Part shown: positions 38,791-53,069 of the stretch, piece by piece
How positions within the stretch are numbered: position 1 is the first letter of the stretch
How the letters are laid out: each line of letters starts with the position of its first letter
From: the human T2T-CHM13v2.0 reference genome, Homo sapiens
Reading direction: 5' to 3' (one strand)
Assembly: GCF_009914755.1 (NCBI RefSeq)
Contig: NC_060927.1
Length of the DNA stretch: 64,000 bases
Notes under the pieces: model-generated
Database searches by the model: none
What the model saw: only the letters and a program-made list of their open reading frames with translations
Told to the model about the DNA's origin: nothing
Position numbers and translations under genes: made by a program

Positions 38791-41241
38791 TTCTAAAACA
38801 AAACTACCAGGAAGTCTTTGAGGGCTGCTATTATCTTTGTTCCTTTCATTTCCTTGCAGGGCCCACAGTTCCCTGCTCATTGAGAGCTGGCAAATGAATG
38901 AGCAAGACTCAAACCTCCTACAAAGCCACATCCCATGACATTTCTAAGTGTGGGGCTCCACCTTCTTCTTTTTTTTTTTTTCTCTACCTAACTTTGAAGG
39001 CCATTTACCTCATTCTCTCATCTCCATTTGTTCCATATCCCTCATCTTCTCCTGTATAGAAACCTGAGTTTCTTAAATAGATTCCCTTTCCCATTATTAA
39101 AATAATGGGAATATTGCCTAAGTGCAATAGGATATGTTTCTTAGTTCTCTGTTTTTGTTTCAGATACCATCAAGGCTCCCCAGGTGGTCCTGAGACAACT
39201 TAACTCTATAAGCCAGAAGCTTGTGGCTTAGAAGGGCAGATTCCCAACACTTGACATAGCTTCGGTATAGAACAACAAAAATAACATGTCAGAGTTAATT
39301 GATTTCAGTAGTCTCTAGGAGCTTCTATCTATCCAGTTGTGCTAACAAAATTTTTCATCAGACAGATATGAGGCCTTTAAAAATATTTCATAATTTGGCT
39401 TTGATCAGGGAAGGCAAAAAACAAAAAGTTAAAATTGCTAATGTGTATGCATCTATGAATTAATCCTTAAAATATTCAGTGACTCATATAGGTTAGAAGT
39501 TTTCCCCTCTGAATGTGCCTCATTGGCTGGACTCAGAAGACACAGTTTACTGCAAAAAGGGCCCATTATAGTGTTTTCCTGAGTAGATCTCAGAGCTGAT
39601 TCTCAGTGGTGTCTGACTCTGCCAATTATCCTCCTACTACCTTCTATCTAGGTAGCAGAGGAAAGAGCACAGGTGAGGAGTGGGTGTACATTCCGGTTAT
39701 ATCCTAGAACCAGTGGGACGTCATGAATTTGACATTTATTGAAGGCACAAAATCTCACTGAGTCTCCTATCCAAGCTACCCTGCCTCTGGAAGAAAAGGC
39801 ACTTCAAGCTGTAATCATGGAGAAATACGAAGAACATTCAGAACCAGAAGTTGCTCTCCTTGTCTGTAATTTTCTACTTTTCTTTTTACTGCTAATGCTG
39901 GTAATTAATAAAAGTATTTGTATTTCAGTGAGATTTCTGTTTCTCCTTCTACATTGTTAACATTGGCTTTAAGATCTGACAGTCTGTCCTATTTGTGAGG
40001 GCAAGAATAACACTACAAGGTGCCATGGCTTAAAAGGAAAGGGGAAGAAAAATAAGGACGAGGAAAAAGGCAAAGCAAGAATAAAAATTCAAGCCTGAAG
40101 ACTAAAAGAAGCCTGTTATAACTAAGGATTATTTAATCAATAATACTACTTTTCTTGACTTATCAGAATTTTTTATTTCAGCTCCAATAGATGTGTATAA
40201 ATTACTTATCTCTGAAAACATATTTTATTTCCCCTAATTGCAGATTTCCCTCACTATATAAAAGCACATTCAAGGGCATGCCATGTGAGTTTTAAGAGAA
40301 CACTTGTGACAAAAAGCTTATGATCAAATATGATTATTTATCCTAAATAAATTATTTTATTGCTGTTAACCTTTGTTGGGTGATCCTTATGCATTCTCTA
40401 TAATGTAGTTTTATTTGATTTTTACAGCAACCCTATGATGGCATATTATTATTATTCCCACCATTTTCCGGGTGATGCCACTGAGAATCAAGGAGTTTAC
40501 TGAGTCTTTGCAAAGCCACACAATGACTTGGAACTAACTATTCAGTCTGTATGATGCAGAAGCCAGTGGTCCCAATGACTACCTCACATTGTGAAAGACA
40601 GACCTGTGGGTTTTCTATGAAAGATAATTTGGGCAATATAAGGTCATGAGATGAAAACTGGTAAGAAGTCAGGAAATATTAATGTAAGACTAGGTTCCAG
40701 TGTGTGTTCATTATACACTGTTCACTAGATCTTCAGTTTCCCTCTCTGAAATGGGTATAATTATTTGGCCTACCCAACTCCTGAATTGTTGTGAAGGCCA
40801 AATAAGATACAGACATATTATCACTTAGGAAACTAAAAAGCTATATGAATATAAATATCATTGTTTCAATGTTACAAGGAGTTGTGTTAATATCCTAGTT
40901 TCTTAAATGATGGACAAAGATGCAAGTATGAGCAGAATTGTTTCACAGATTCAAAGAGAAGTAAAGGAGATAATGCAATGAGATAAACAAGAACCATTGG
41001 AGGGAAAAAAATAAGAGACAGTTTTGTGGGCTTCCCACAACAGATGGAGCTCAGGGAGACCAAACATAGACCAGAAGTGGAGTCTATCTCATAAATCTAT
41101 GGGAGTCAGGCTTCCTTGGACAAGACAGAGAAGCAAGTTGATGGGGGCAGAAAATAATTTGAGACTCTCTGGACTCAGTCTATGTTTCCTAGGATACAGA
41201 AAAATATAAATCTGTCTGTCAAAACTCACATAATAATAAGC

Positions 41242-41556
41242 ACAGTTTTATCTCAGTATCTGCAGGAGATTGGATCTGGGATGAATACCAACATCTGTGG
41301 ATGCTCAAGTCCTTTATATAAAATGGCATAGTATTTGCATATAATCTATGCACATCCTCCAGTATACTTCTAAATCATCTCTAGATTACTTATAATACTT
41401 AATGCAATGTAAATACTATGTAAATAGTTGTTTTACTATATGTTGTAATTTGTGTTGTATAATTATTTTTATTGTTTTTATTTTTCCAAATACTTTCCAG
41501 CCATGGTTGGCTGAATCCATGAATACAGCAACCATGAAATCAGACGCCTAACAGTA
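41242..41556 (+). mobile_element. MER2 (TcMar-Tigger) DNA transposon
   Basis: gatgctcaagtcctttatataaaatggcatagtatttgcatataa...aaatcatctctagattacttataatac...ggttggctgaatcc. Confidence 0.88.
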
Positions 41557-41799
41557 TTGTATGCAAATGAAAAAGTGAAATAAACATGGGATGGGGTTGG
41601 AAATAAGAGGCAGTCCAAGTCTCCTTCCTGAATAAGGTTTTATGTGCAACACCGTGAATGTAATTAATTTTCTGCTGTAGAACATTAGTTCATAATTGTC
41701 ACTTTCATGTTTCCACTTACTTTCTCCTTAATCCTTTGAGATTCAGATTCTGTCCCCAGCAGAATGAAATCTTGCTTTTTCCCATTTCTTCAACTGTGA

Positions 41800-42870
41800 C
41801 ATCTCTGAAAACTACTTTCTTTCCCTCCCAACCTTTGAAGGAGGGTGTTACAAAGGCTTAATTGTGGTCCCCATGCTCTTTGTCCTGGACACACTTGACT
41901 TTCAACATGTGGTCTCCACTTCAATCTTGTTACCTTTTCTGAGCACCAGTTCTGCCTTTCCCAGAGCCTGGTATCAGTGTTCTGCTATTACCTAAAGCTT
42001 GTCTTACAAAATTTTCTCCCTTGTCCCATAAGATATCTCTGCTTTTTGGCTTTTCTTCATATTTTCAGTTATGCCACCATTTTCCCAATCAGCTAAGGTC
42101 AAACAATATGAGTTGATCATATCAAAAAAATTAGCCCCTATGACACAACTGAGAGAATTACATTGCAGTCAAATCAATCCCATACCTAACCTGTGCATCA
42201 TAATTAACCCCTTATCCTTGGACCCACAAAGTGAATTTATTGCCATAGCTGCTCCATTATTTCTGTGCGGAATTTCTTCCATCCACCTGTCTATTCATCC
42301 TTACATTCTTTTCTCAGTGCCACCACTCTAATTTAGGTCCTATAACTTCTTATTTTTGAATAACTGACAAACTTTTCTAATTAAACTTGATGTCTCTGAC
42401 CTCTATATTTCCAATGTATCATTTGCATGCTGCCAGATTAATATTTTTAAATGTTTTTCAAATCAAGTCACTCCTCTAACAAATAATACATTCATTGGCT
42501 TGTCAATCAAAGAAGATAGACCTCACTCAGATATTTTAATTCTGCATGTCATTTTTTACAACATTTTCTTTTATTATACCCCTACTCAAACCCTTAGGAT
42601 CTCTCAAAAATTGTTTTTCACTGCCTTTCTACATGACTTGTGCTTTCCTGCTTTTGTGCCATCCATTTCATGGAGGGTCCCACCATTCATTTTTCTGTGT
42701 CTATAACCTTTTATTAACTTTAAGGCAATATGCCTCTTATAAACTTTAAGCCCTGTGTTCATTACCTTCTATTTGCTCATCTATAGCATCTATAGCTATA
42801 ACCATTACGTATATACTATATGTGTCTAAATTAGTGTGTAATGTACAAAAATAAACGCATATTGTTAAAC
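41800..42870. mobile_element. Degenerate L2 fragment
   Basis: cagtgccaccactctaatttagg, catgctgccagattaatatttttaaatg...tcaagtcactcctct are L2-like. Confidence 0.5.
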
Positions 42871-43802
42871 AAGAATAATTTGCCTCAATGAGTCCTATAA
42901 TGATACAAATTTAGGTCCTTGAAGCCTCATCTTGTAGCTCACTCTCACCTTGAGAAAACACGCAGACATTTCATCGTGACCTGAAGGTCAACTACTCAGT
43001 TTCATGGACAATAGTCCTATGTAAACAATTTCAAATGTCTCATCTTATCTTCTTGCCCATCCATCAAGCTAAGAATCCCTAAGCTGCCACAGATGCTCCC
43101 TATAGCCACCTCCCATGTTTAGTGTTGGTAACCTTGCAGCATTAGTCTCACTTCCTTTCACCTGGTGAGAGAAATGCTGGTGCTAGATCATAACCTCGAG
43201 GCAGCAGGAAGAACATGCTGGACCTCAACCTGCCTCCTTTGAGAAGCAACTACAGAGCCGTTTGCCGAGCAAGGCACCTGCTGTTGGACGGGTGCCCAGT
43301 GCCAGGGAGTGTTTGTCAGCACATGAGACAGATCTCTGCCAGAAATCAGTGAGGCTCCATGTTTCCATCCATAAGTTAAGTTGCAAATATAGCAGAAACA
43401 GGAACAAATATAGGACTAACCCTGCATGTGGCTGGGGGTGGTTGTAGGATGAGAAGGAGAAAGACAAAAAAGGACATAGCAGACTATGAGGAGGATAGCC
43501 CTCCACATGACAGTGGGAATCAGAAAACATGGGTTTAAATGTGGGTTTTGCAATCATTTCACAATAAGTTCCATTTCTCAGGAATAAAGTTTTAATCTGT
43601 TAAAAAAAACAGGATTGCTTTAGATGATCTTCTGGGTTATTTTCAGTTCTTATATTTATATGGTTCTAGGAAGAAAAGTTTCAGAGAAAAGAGAGAAGGA
43701 GAGAGAGTGAGCTTTTGACTGGTACTGGATAGATTTACCCATCTATTCATTCTTGTATCTTCCTTTCAGTATATTAAGAAATTAGTCAAGAACAGTTGCA
43801 CA

Positions 43803-43997
43803 CTGGCTAACATGGTGGAACCCTGTCTCTACTAAAATGCAAAAATTAGCTGGGTGTGGTGGTGAGCACCTGTAATCCCAGCTACTCGGGAGGTTGAGGC
43901 AGGAGAATCGCTTTAACCCAGGAGGCAGAGGTTGCAGTGAGCCAGGATTGCACCACTGCACTCCATCCTGGGCGAGAGTGAGATTCCAAAAAAAAAA
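43803..43997 (+). mobile_element. 5'-truncated AluS
   Basis: ctggctaacatggtggaaccctgtctctactaaaa...gagattccaaaaaaaaaa; imperfect TSD aagaacagttgca / aagaaacagctgca. Confidence 0.92.
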
Positions 43998-44888
43998 GAA
44001 ACAGCTGCATAAATTCCCACTCTTTTTCTTCTTTTTTTATCTTTGCCCTTTCCTTCCTTTTTTTTTTCTTTATTTCCTGTTACTTTGCAATACTAGCCTC
44101 AGCCACCATCAGAAGCTCACCAGGAGCTCAGCACAGCTCCTTTTCAAAGCAGAACAGATACGATATTTATGGGGTAGCCAGGAACGTGACACTGGCTAGA
44201 GTGAGGAGTAACAAGAAATGAAAACATTGAATCAGATCTCACTCCTTAACCTGAGCCCAGTTCTCCTCAGAATCCTCACTGTCCCATGTTATTATTCTGT
44301 CACCAAATGACCCTGAGTTCTGCCAGTGCAAAAGTGGCCATGATTCCTTCAGTTTATCAAGAAAACAATATAGCAGTCAGCCAAGCTGCACCACCTGTGT
44401 AGTGTCTCCTGATCTTCTCTCCTGCATTAGAAGTATTCGAGCTGAGATGGGTGACCTCACATAACCCCTGCATCTCAAAGATCCTCTGATCTCTTTTTCT
44501 AGATCAGAGGTGCTTAAGCCCTAAACATGACACTTGAAAGAAAAGGAAACCCTAATCTTAGCTCATTAGCAAAGCATTTACTTCTCTCCCCTTTTCTGTT
44601 TATGTTTTATCTGGGGTCTCTATCTACTTGTTTAAAGTACGTGCTCTGTGTACAGGACTTTCAGGATGCTACTAAGCTAAAGTAAAATTGATAGATTTAT
44701 ATTTTAAGTGGGTTTGTGAATGACGGTTGTGCATAACTGAGGGTTAGTGTTTAGGAAATGAGCATGATATCATCAGAGTTAACGATGGTTGCTAATCCTC
44801 ATGACCTAGTGATTGCCCATGAATCCTCCCAACCCCTCCCTCCCTCAGCATGCAGTTTTTCTGCATTTCCAGAGGAGAGAAAGAGGGA

Positions 44889-44927
44889 TACATATATATA
44901 TATCCACACATATATATATATATCTCC

Positions 44928-44962
<35 letters not shown>

Positions 44963-44968
44963 TATATA
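44889..44968. repeat. Compound (TA)n/(CA)n microsatellite
   Basis: Alternating TA and CA runs seen directly. Confidence 0.93.
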
Positions 44969-45834
44969 CTTCCACACACTCACCTTCAGTTAGAGACAGA
45001 AGACTGTGATCAATAGACTATAGAGGAGTTTGAATAGACTCTAAGAAAAGGCATTATGGGCAAACTTGCAAACAATTCAAGACATCTGGCCACTTTAGTC
45101 GAGGGGAGCCTAGCTCTTTTCCTACAGTATTCCTTCCTTCCGAATTTCCTTCCTTTACTTCAAACAAGGAGAAAAATCGTATAGATTAAAAGAAGTTCAC
45201 TCATACATTAAATATTTGGTTTGGTGGCATTAGGCACCCATGAATGAATTATTTGGCTTGTTCATTTACCCTTTCTATAAGACCAAGATAAGGACACTTC
45301 AGGATGCCCGTAATCAGTAGCTGAAGAATGAGAAATGGAACCGTAAGCTTACAGTAGGAGATAATGAAGATAATAAAGATGATGATGATATAACCGATAA
45401 TAAAATTTATCAAATACCATCTGTCAGGCATTGTTCTAAAAGCTCTGCACGTACAGATCTAAACAACCTTTTAACACAAGCATACACACAGAAAGAGGTG
45501 ATATTCAAAACTATGCTTACTTGAATCCAGGGAACCCATTCTTTACATTTCATCTTGTTTCTGACATCACCAGTTTTCAATACAGAATAAGTGGCTGAGG
45601 TACAGTTCTAGACTTAGACAACCAAAGTTCACACTGTAGCTCTGGGGTTCACTGTTTAAACTTGGACAATTCTCCAACCTCTCTAGTACTCTATTTTCAT
45701 CTTACAAAAGGAAACATTAATATTTATTTTGCAGGGTTTTATGAAATTTATATTTATCACCTAATAGATCTTGACACAAAATGTCAGGGTTGGGTGCTCA
45801 AATTTTTAATTTTCACCTAGTACCTACATCTTAA

Positions 45835-46880
45835 TTTCTAACACTATTCTCCAATAACAGGAACTAGTGTTCCTTGAAGAAATGGTTCATTCTAGGACTC
45901 GGGCAGGAAATATTCCAGGTCAGCTTGGAACAACTTATAGTGTCGGAAAGAAAGAAACAACCAAACAAATCAAAATCCTACAATGATGGGAAAGAGAAAC
46001 GGGATATAATTAAAGAGAAACAGGATACAATTAAAAGAGCTTCCAATAGCCAAAGCTGTACAATTTAAGCAGCAAAATAAAGTAGTATTGGATTATAACC
46101 CAAAACATAAAATAAGAATCTATGAGTCTATATTGCTATGAATAAATTTTAAATAAACAAATAAAGAGAACAGACACATTTCTTGCTTAGAAAAAATACA
46201 GAAAATTTATGTATATACCCCACTTTCAAGGAGGTACAGCATAACTTTCCATTCCTTAAGTGCGGGTTGCATATTGTGACTTCTTTTGAGTAAAGTATTG
46301 AAAGGGGGAAAAACAGTAACTTTACACTGGAGAAACCAGATAAACACTTTCCCAGCCAAGGGATCTGCTCAACATCAACAGTGATAAGTTATATTGATAA
46401 TAGGTACCCTTGACATAATGTGATAAAATGGCACCTCACCTCTTTGGTTTTCTTCCCTCAAATCCATAATGCCAATCTATGAGAAAAATAACACGCACAT
46501 TCCAATAGAGAAACATTCAACAAAATACCTGAGCATTATTCCTCAAAACTGTCAAGGTCATCAGAAACAAGGAAAGTCTGAGAAATTGTGACAGTCTAGA
46601 GGAACCTAAGGAGACATGATTATGTAATTTGGTATCCAGATGAGATCCCAGAACAGAAAAGTTATATTTTGTAAAAAGTAAGGAAACATGAATAAACTAT
46701 GGACTTTAGTTAATAATAGTGTGTCAAAATTGGTTTATTAATTGTAACAAATATACCATACTAATGTAAGATGGTAATAGAGGAAAATGGGTAAGACATG
46801 AGGAATTCTCTGCACTAATTTTTGGCATTTATATAGATCTAAAATGATTCCAAAATAATCGTAAAGTTAATTTTTAAAAA
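45835..46880 (+). mobile_element. L1MC3/4-like 3'UTR fragment
   Basis: ggaactagtgttccttgaagaaatgg...cctcaaaactgtcaaggtcatcagaaacaaggaaagtctgagaaa...aataaactatggactttagttaataat. Confidence 0.82.
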
Positions 46881-49800
46881 TGTTGAATGCCTTTCATTCT
46901 TTTATAACCATTGATGGATAATTCTGAATGCAAGGGAAGTGCAGCAGAGATTCTGAATTTAGGCAGCAATGGTTATTGAGTATTGAAAGTAGCCTTCACT
47001 ATTGACTTACATTTCCTCTTCACTTCCTAGGATCTATAACAGGATTGTGTAAAGGAACCTCAGCCAAAACAATGATCTCTCTTTGACACTGAGCCGGGGA
47101 GTCCAACGGTGACGGGCTGGGGTTAAGAAAGGTTTCCAAGGAGCTGAAATTGAGGAAATGCGTTTTGCTAAGTACGCTGTGCTCTGGACACAGGTTGCTT
47201 AGTTGACTGCAGAGATGTTATTTTAATTTTCTCAAACAGGAATGATGGAGCCTCACCTCATACTCATTAAGGTTCTGGGCTACCCGTGGACAGCTTCTGT
47301 ACAGAGGGATTGCCTGACAGAGTGGGCAAGGTTAAAAGAGAGACTGCAGGAGATCTGGAGGGGGAACAAGGGAAATGTGACAGCTGAGGAAGAGAAGGAG
47401 ACTGATTCTCTATGTAAGCAACAACAACAAAAATCTCAGTTCAGGGACAGCTCTGAGCTGGGGTCCTGGTAACAGCCTTGTGCATTTTCAATTCCCTCAT
47501 TTCTAGGTCCCTGTATCAGCAATAGATAGAATATGGTCTGTGACCGCCAGGCAATCAGAAAACTGCCAAGTCAAGAAAACCCGGTGGAGTGAAATGATGT
47601 GGTAATTCCAGTTAGCTGAAGGAAGAGACTTGCTCACAGAGTCGGGGAGGAGTGAGCTAGACACATGATAGCTCTTTTCAACTGAAAGGTGTATTTACAA
47701 GCCTGAAATGAGCACCTTTCAACCCTGGGCCTCCTCCCACTCCCACTTTTGGAGCTATGAGTAGGGGAAACCCATATATTATATCTCAGGCATGTGAGCT
47801 GACTGTGAAAAGGGCAGGGCTGATTTACTTCCATTGTGTGGAACACAAGCTCTGCTGGCATCTGTCGTTCATTGCAAAAGCTGAGCTTTCAGATGTTAAG
47901 GCTGCACCTCACAGAAGTTATGCTAACTGCTTAGAGATGATTGTTTCCTTCAAAGATAGACTAGATTGTACGCTCTATCTCTCATACCCACTCCATCAGC
48001 TCAGCTATGAGAACAGTCTCCTATGACTCTGCTTGTACCCAGTACGGCCCATTTGCTCAGAAAGCTACAGCTTTCCTCTGACATTAAATTTCTTCCACTT
48101 CCTCAACTGACTCTGTAGCTCCTTGATCCGCCGTCAGGCCCTCCATTGTCATCTCTCCAATCAATTCACTGTTTCTAAAACATACCGAACTCATTCTCAC
48201 CTCAGTGTTCTGGTATTCCTGCAACTTGGAACATAATTCACTTCTCCCTCCCTGCACACTTCTTCAGGCTCAGCTCAATTTCAGCCTTCATGGATTCTTA
48301 GCCTGATTCTCATTTTGATTTCTATCAAGCATCATTTGGTCACAATCTTATTATTTTTAATTATTTTGCAAGGGATTTTAATTATTTATATCTCATCTCA
48401 TTCTAAAAAATTGTGGTAGTTTCATGTTTTCATTTTCTTTCTCAGTTAAATGTTAAGTTTCTTGAGGGACACAGACTATGTCTGTGTTTCATTACTACCT
48501 TCAAAAACTGACTAGTCGACAGCACAAGGTATGATACCACTTGTGGAAACGTGAGAAGGTTCTGGAGTCAACCTACACAGGTTCTAAAACTGATTTAGAC
48601 CTTTCTAAGGACCTACCTCATCATGTTGCTGGGAGGAATACATGAAATGTCACATCAGGCACTTACAACAGTGCCAGGCACAAAGCAAGAATTCATTAAG
48701 TGGCAGCTGTTGTGGTTTGTGTTGTGTTTTTATTGTTATTGCCTTATCATTCTCATGTCCAATAACAGATCTGGTCAAGAATGCATTCCAGATCTTTCTT
48801 CTCTCTTAGGTCCTTTCTAATCCTTTCATGGATCATGGCTTCCCATGGCTATTTTGTCGGAGAAACATTTCATCGTAGTCATCAGACCATTCTACCTTTT
48901 CTCACTCTCCTGTTTTGGAAAATAATTTCTTCTAGCAACTTTGTTGGGGTTTTCCATCATTTTCCAAGGCAAAGAAACATTGGCACCAGAAAGGTGCTCT
49001 CTGCAATGGGGTGGAGCAATTCATCCAGGCTTTCCCAGGGCCTGGCTAGGTGAAGATTCTTCAACCCATCCAGCTGCTGACTGGGCTTTACAAGCCACCT
49101 GATGTTTGGAAAGAGGTAGACTCATGCAACTGGATGGTGGGAAAGACTGTTGACACTGCCAATGAACATCCTGACATTCTGAGTTGCAAAAAAATGCCAG
49201 AAGCAATCTCATACTGCCTGTAGTTATCTCAAACACACCTATTAGGCCACCCAGCCCTCCTCTGGATATACAAATTGCAGTTATTGCTCAGAAACCTTTG
49301 GAGCGTCCATTGCAAACCCAAGTCTTAGGTGCCTTCCTGCCAGCTATCCTTTTAGTATCTGTCATCTGGCAAGGTAGTGTTTATCTGGTTACTGTGTTAC
49401 TAAAGTGGACACTAGCTATTTCTCCCTAGCTGAGCAAGACTAAGCTCTAAAATGTTAAATACCAGTCATTCAGTGTCTGACACAGTCAAGTATGGGGCCT
49501 TATATTATCATCAACACTCTATTGCTCAAATCTTTGGTCATTCCCCAGTTTTTCTTCTTTTCCTTTTCATTCCAGCTTTCATTCCCCTGTCAGACAGGTC
49601 TGAAAACATCCAGACCCGAGACTAGCCCTCCAGGAATACATGAGCAGCAAGGCCATCTGGAAAGGCTAGCTCACTCCTTTCTCATTCGCTCTCACTCACC
49701 CCTCCCTCGGCCCATGCTTTACCCCCAGTGGATTGTGTGGGAATCCTGGCAAGGTCACACTGCTTGGTTCTGCTGTCAGTTTAAATTATGTCTCAGCTTT

Positions 49801-52059
49801 TATATCTAAATCAAAATACAAGAGAATAAGAAATGAGAGAGAGAGAGAGGAAGAGGCAGCAAAAAGACATGGCAACAACCTACAGCGAGTGGAGAAATGA
49901 CATTTCAATTGGCTAATTGATCTGTTCCCTTGACAGCTGCCCCTCCTCACTCACCCCAAGTCATTATTTAACAAACTTTGAGCCCACTCCAAGTCATATG
50001 TGGATGGAATGTACACCTCCTTCAGGAAGGTAGGGGAATAAAATATTTTCTGCAATGACAAAAAAAGAACACTAATTTAAGATGATTTTATTTGCTTGAT
50101 TATTTATGTTAAAATTAAGCCCCTTATTCTCAGAACTTATGAATGTAGTGAATATCATTTTCCTATGTTCTCATAGAATATAGTGTACACTATAGCGTGC
50201 CTATATTTGTTTTCAGTTTAGCAATTACCAAGACAAGATTTAAAACTATATTTCACTACTGACTGTGTCTAAATAACATTTTCGTGAAGCCAAGGATAAA
50301 AAATGCCGATTTAGTGCCTATGATATTTCTCCTTTGGTGCTAACATTTTATATACACCTATCCAACAAAAGAATGATTATTTTTGTATTACAGCGAGTTG
50401 ATTTGGAGCCTTTAACTGAAAATCAACTATCAAGGGTTCTCCAAGACATCTGTCTTTTAAACTTTTATAACTTCAAAATATGATTATGAGAAGAGTGGAC
50501 AAAATTGGGGGTAAAAACTGTAAAGTACTATGCAATGATGAGATAGCACTGCATTTAAACATGGCCCGAACCTGTATTTCATTGATGATATCACCATGTT
50601 ATTTAAAGTGTTATAGCTTTTCTTATTAATTCTGACATTGCCCTCCACCAATAGAATAGTCTACTAGGTTTGTATACTTTCTTCGGTTTATTTTAGATTG
50701 AAAACATTTTTTAGTATTTATTAGTGGGCTACATTTTTTATTGTTTATCCTGGATTTGTGTTTGGTTTATTCTGATCCAGTCATGACACATACCAGCATT
50801 TTTAAAAAAGAATTTACTTTGAGATCAGTAAACAAACATTAAATGACACTGACTGGCTTAAAATAGTTTATCATTAAAATTTTTTTAGTCAGAAGTACCA
50901 ATTCCATTACCATTCCACTACTATGTGATCATTAATTGACCAGTTTGTAAATTTCTCTCAGCCTGTTGTTGTAGACTTTTTTATTCATATGCAAAATGAA
51001 GTTAATACTTGACTCAGATATTTCTCAAAGTTTTAATGAAGGCCCAAAGTGCACTAATGTGGCATTTCTTTTTAATTGTAAAGCATTATATGATTGTAAC
51101 GTAAGACTCTAATGATGAATTTGATTTTATTAGCACCATGCACTGACCATCTATACTAATAGGCACCTTTGGTCTCAAATTCCACAAAGACAACTCCCTT
51201 CATTAAGTAGAGAAAAATAACTGAATACTTCAACTGATTCAATAAATTCTTGAATTATGTTCAATCAAACGGTCAGTGGTTAGAAACAGCCTTGTGGTAC
51301 TGTAGAAACGGAACAGTTTGGTTTTACGTTGAAAATCCTCTTTGGGGTAATAGGTTACAAGTGGTTGGCTATGACAATTCCCCACTAGAGCAGTAACAAT
51401 AGAAGAATGCTATTAATCTTGCTTCCCCATGTGCCAACAGCAGGAGAAATGCTGACTTCACATCCACACATCTACTACCCCCATTATGGGCTGTAACAAT
51501 GAAATAGTCACTTGCCAGATTGTGTACCAAAACCTCTCAGGAGCACTATAGTTTAGCCCTCTTTGTCTCACTGAGACTGAACTATATTTACTATTTATAA
51601 TGATTAGGTGGCAAAATACAGATCTCTTTGTCTATGTTGAGTACCAGAATACTACTATTTATTCATTCAAACGTAATGTTACATTTTTCTTTGGTTTATT
51701 GCAATCAGTCTTTATATTTTGCTGATTTCAAATGGTTTAGAGTAAAAGGCTGTATCATAAGTTGCTTATGTTGTCTAACTCATTGCCTAGTTAGGAGAAA
51801 AGAGGAAAGACACTCCAAGAATTGAAAATATTTTACATAGAAACTTAGTTGGTGATGTACTTATTTATGTAATACAACTACTTTTTTGGCCACATAAAAA
51901 AGCAGGTCTTTTATGCAATTCAGCATTCAAGGGTTGGTTAAAGTGGAGAAAAATAAAGTTACGAGCCTTGATTTCTTCCTCTATGTCCTGGGCCAGCAGC
52001 TGTCAAAGCCAAGACAGGGCTTGGGGCAGGGGACATGGTCACTGCATAGAAGCCACTGG

Positions 52060-53060
52060 TTTTTTGGTTTTGTTTCTGTTTTTGCTTTGTTTCGTTTGTG
52101 AACCTTCATTAATATTTTTATCCACTGTGACCTTCAATCAGAGAGCACTACTAGAGAGGTACAGTTTTGTGGTTGGCCTTTGGGATTGGTGTAAACCTTT
52201 ACTAGTGACAGATCCTCTCCAATGCATTGCTTGGGAGTAGAGATAAGTCTCTGATGAGTCACTGTATGGACAATGTCCAGCTTATTTGTGGATATATGCT
52301 CAATCTGATTTCGCCCAGACACAGAGAAAACTACCGCATTTTCTTTGACCACGCCAATGAGGCCATTAGCTGTGGCATCACTCTGCAAAGCCACTTGAGC
52401 ACTGTGGCTCTTGTCTCTGACCAGGAGGTTCCTTTGCAGTCTCAGCATCCAGCCTCTTCTAAAGGTCAGCAGCTGTGAGACCAATGGTTTTCTCAAGGCT
52501 TTTTAAAGCCTGTGTGGTGGTTCTGCTATTCAAACAGATGCCAGCAACTCCCAGCTCATTTTCAGCAATATTTTGTGGTTCTAAGAGTTTTCGTTCATTC
52601 AGAATAATGAGGATGAAGTTTCAGATTAGGGGTCCAATTTTCCCATTGTTGGTATCCTCCATAATACTTAGGAGAACAAGATGCTGGAATTAGTGCCTTT
52701 GTTTCTGCTGATGCTGACATGGCAGTCATATTGGTGAACTCATAAGGTGTCTCCTCCAGGTATAACCCAGCCAAGTTTCTGAGATCCACTGACTTACCCA
52801 CAGATGGAAAAGCCACTGACCCAATATAAGCATCACCAGTCCTGTCAAATGAAAGCCTCTTGGCCTACCAACAGCACTGCATATTGAGGTGATAAGACTC
52901 ATGGAGGGTTAACAAGATGAGTGTAAGCTCTAAAGAACTGTGGCCTCTTTCTATTGTGGTGAAGTCATCTTAACTCAGATCTAGGCAATCCCAGCTAAGT
53001 AGCTGCCCATTGTGATGAGCTCCCAGTTGCCTCCATGGGGGAGGTCTTCCCACACACACA
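52060..53060 (-). pseudogene. DRG1: Processed pseudogene of DRG1 (developmentally regulated GTP-binding protein 1), multiply disabled and 3'-truncated
   Basis: Minus strand from ATG at 53010 reads MGSYLAGIA*I*VKMTSPQ*KEAT (DRG1 [24 protein letters not shown]); [31 protein letters not shown] (G1/G2 motifs; DRG1 [27 protein letters not shown]..YEFT); ENELGVAGICLNS; LQSDATANGLIGVV; LVKVYTNPKGQPQNCTSLVVL. It is collinear without introns, has stops and frameshifts, and ends in an A-rich tail at 52060-52097. Confidence 0.92.
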
Positions 53061-53069
53061 TGCACGAGA

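Noticed and set aside
50179-50194. 16-bp palindrome tatagtgtacactata
   Set aside because: Isolated and roughly chance-level for 64 kb of AT-rich DNA
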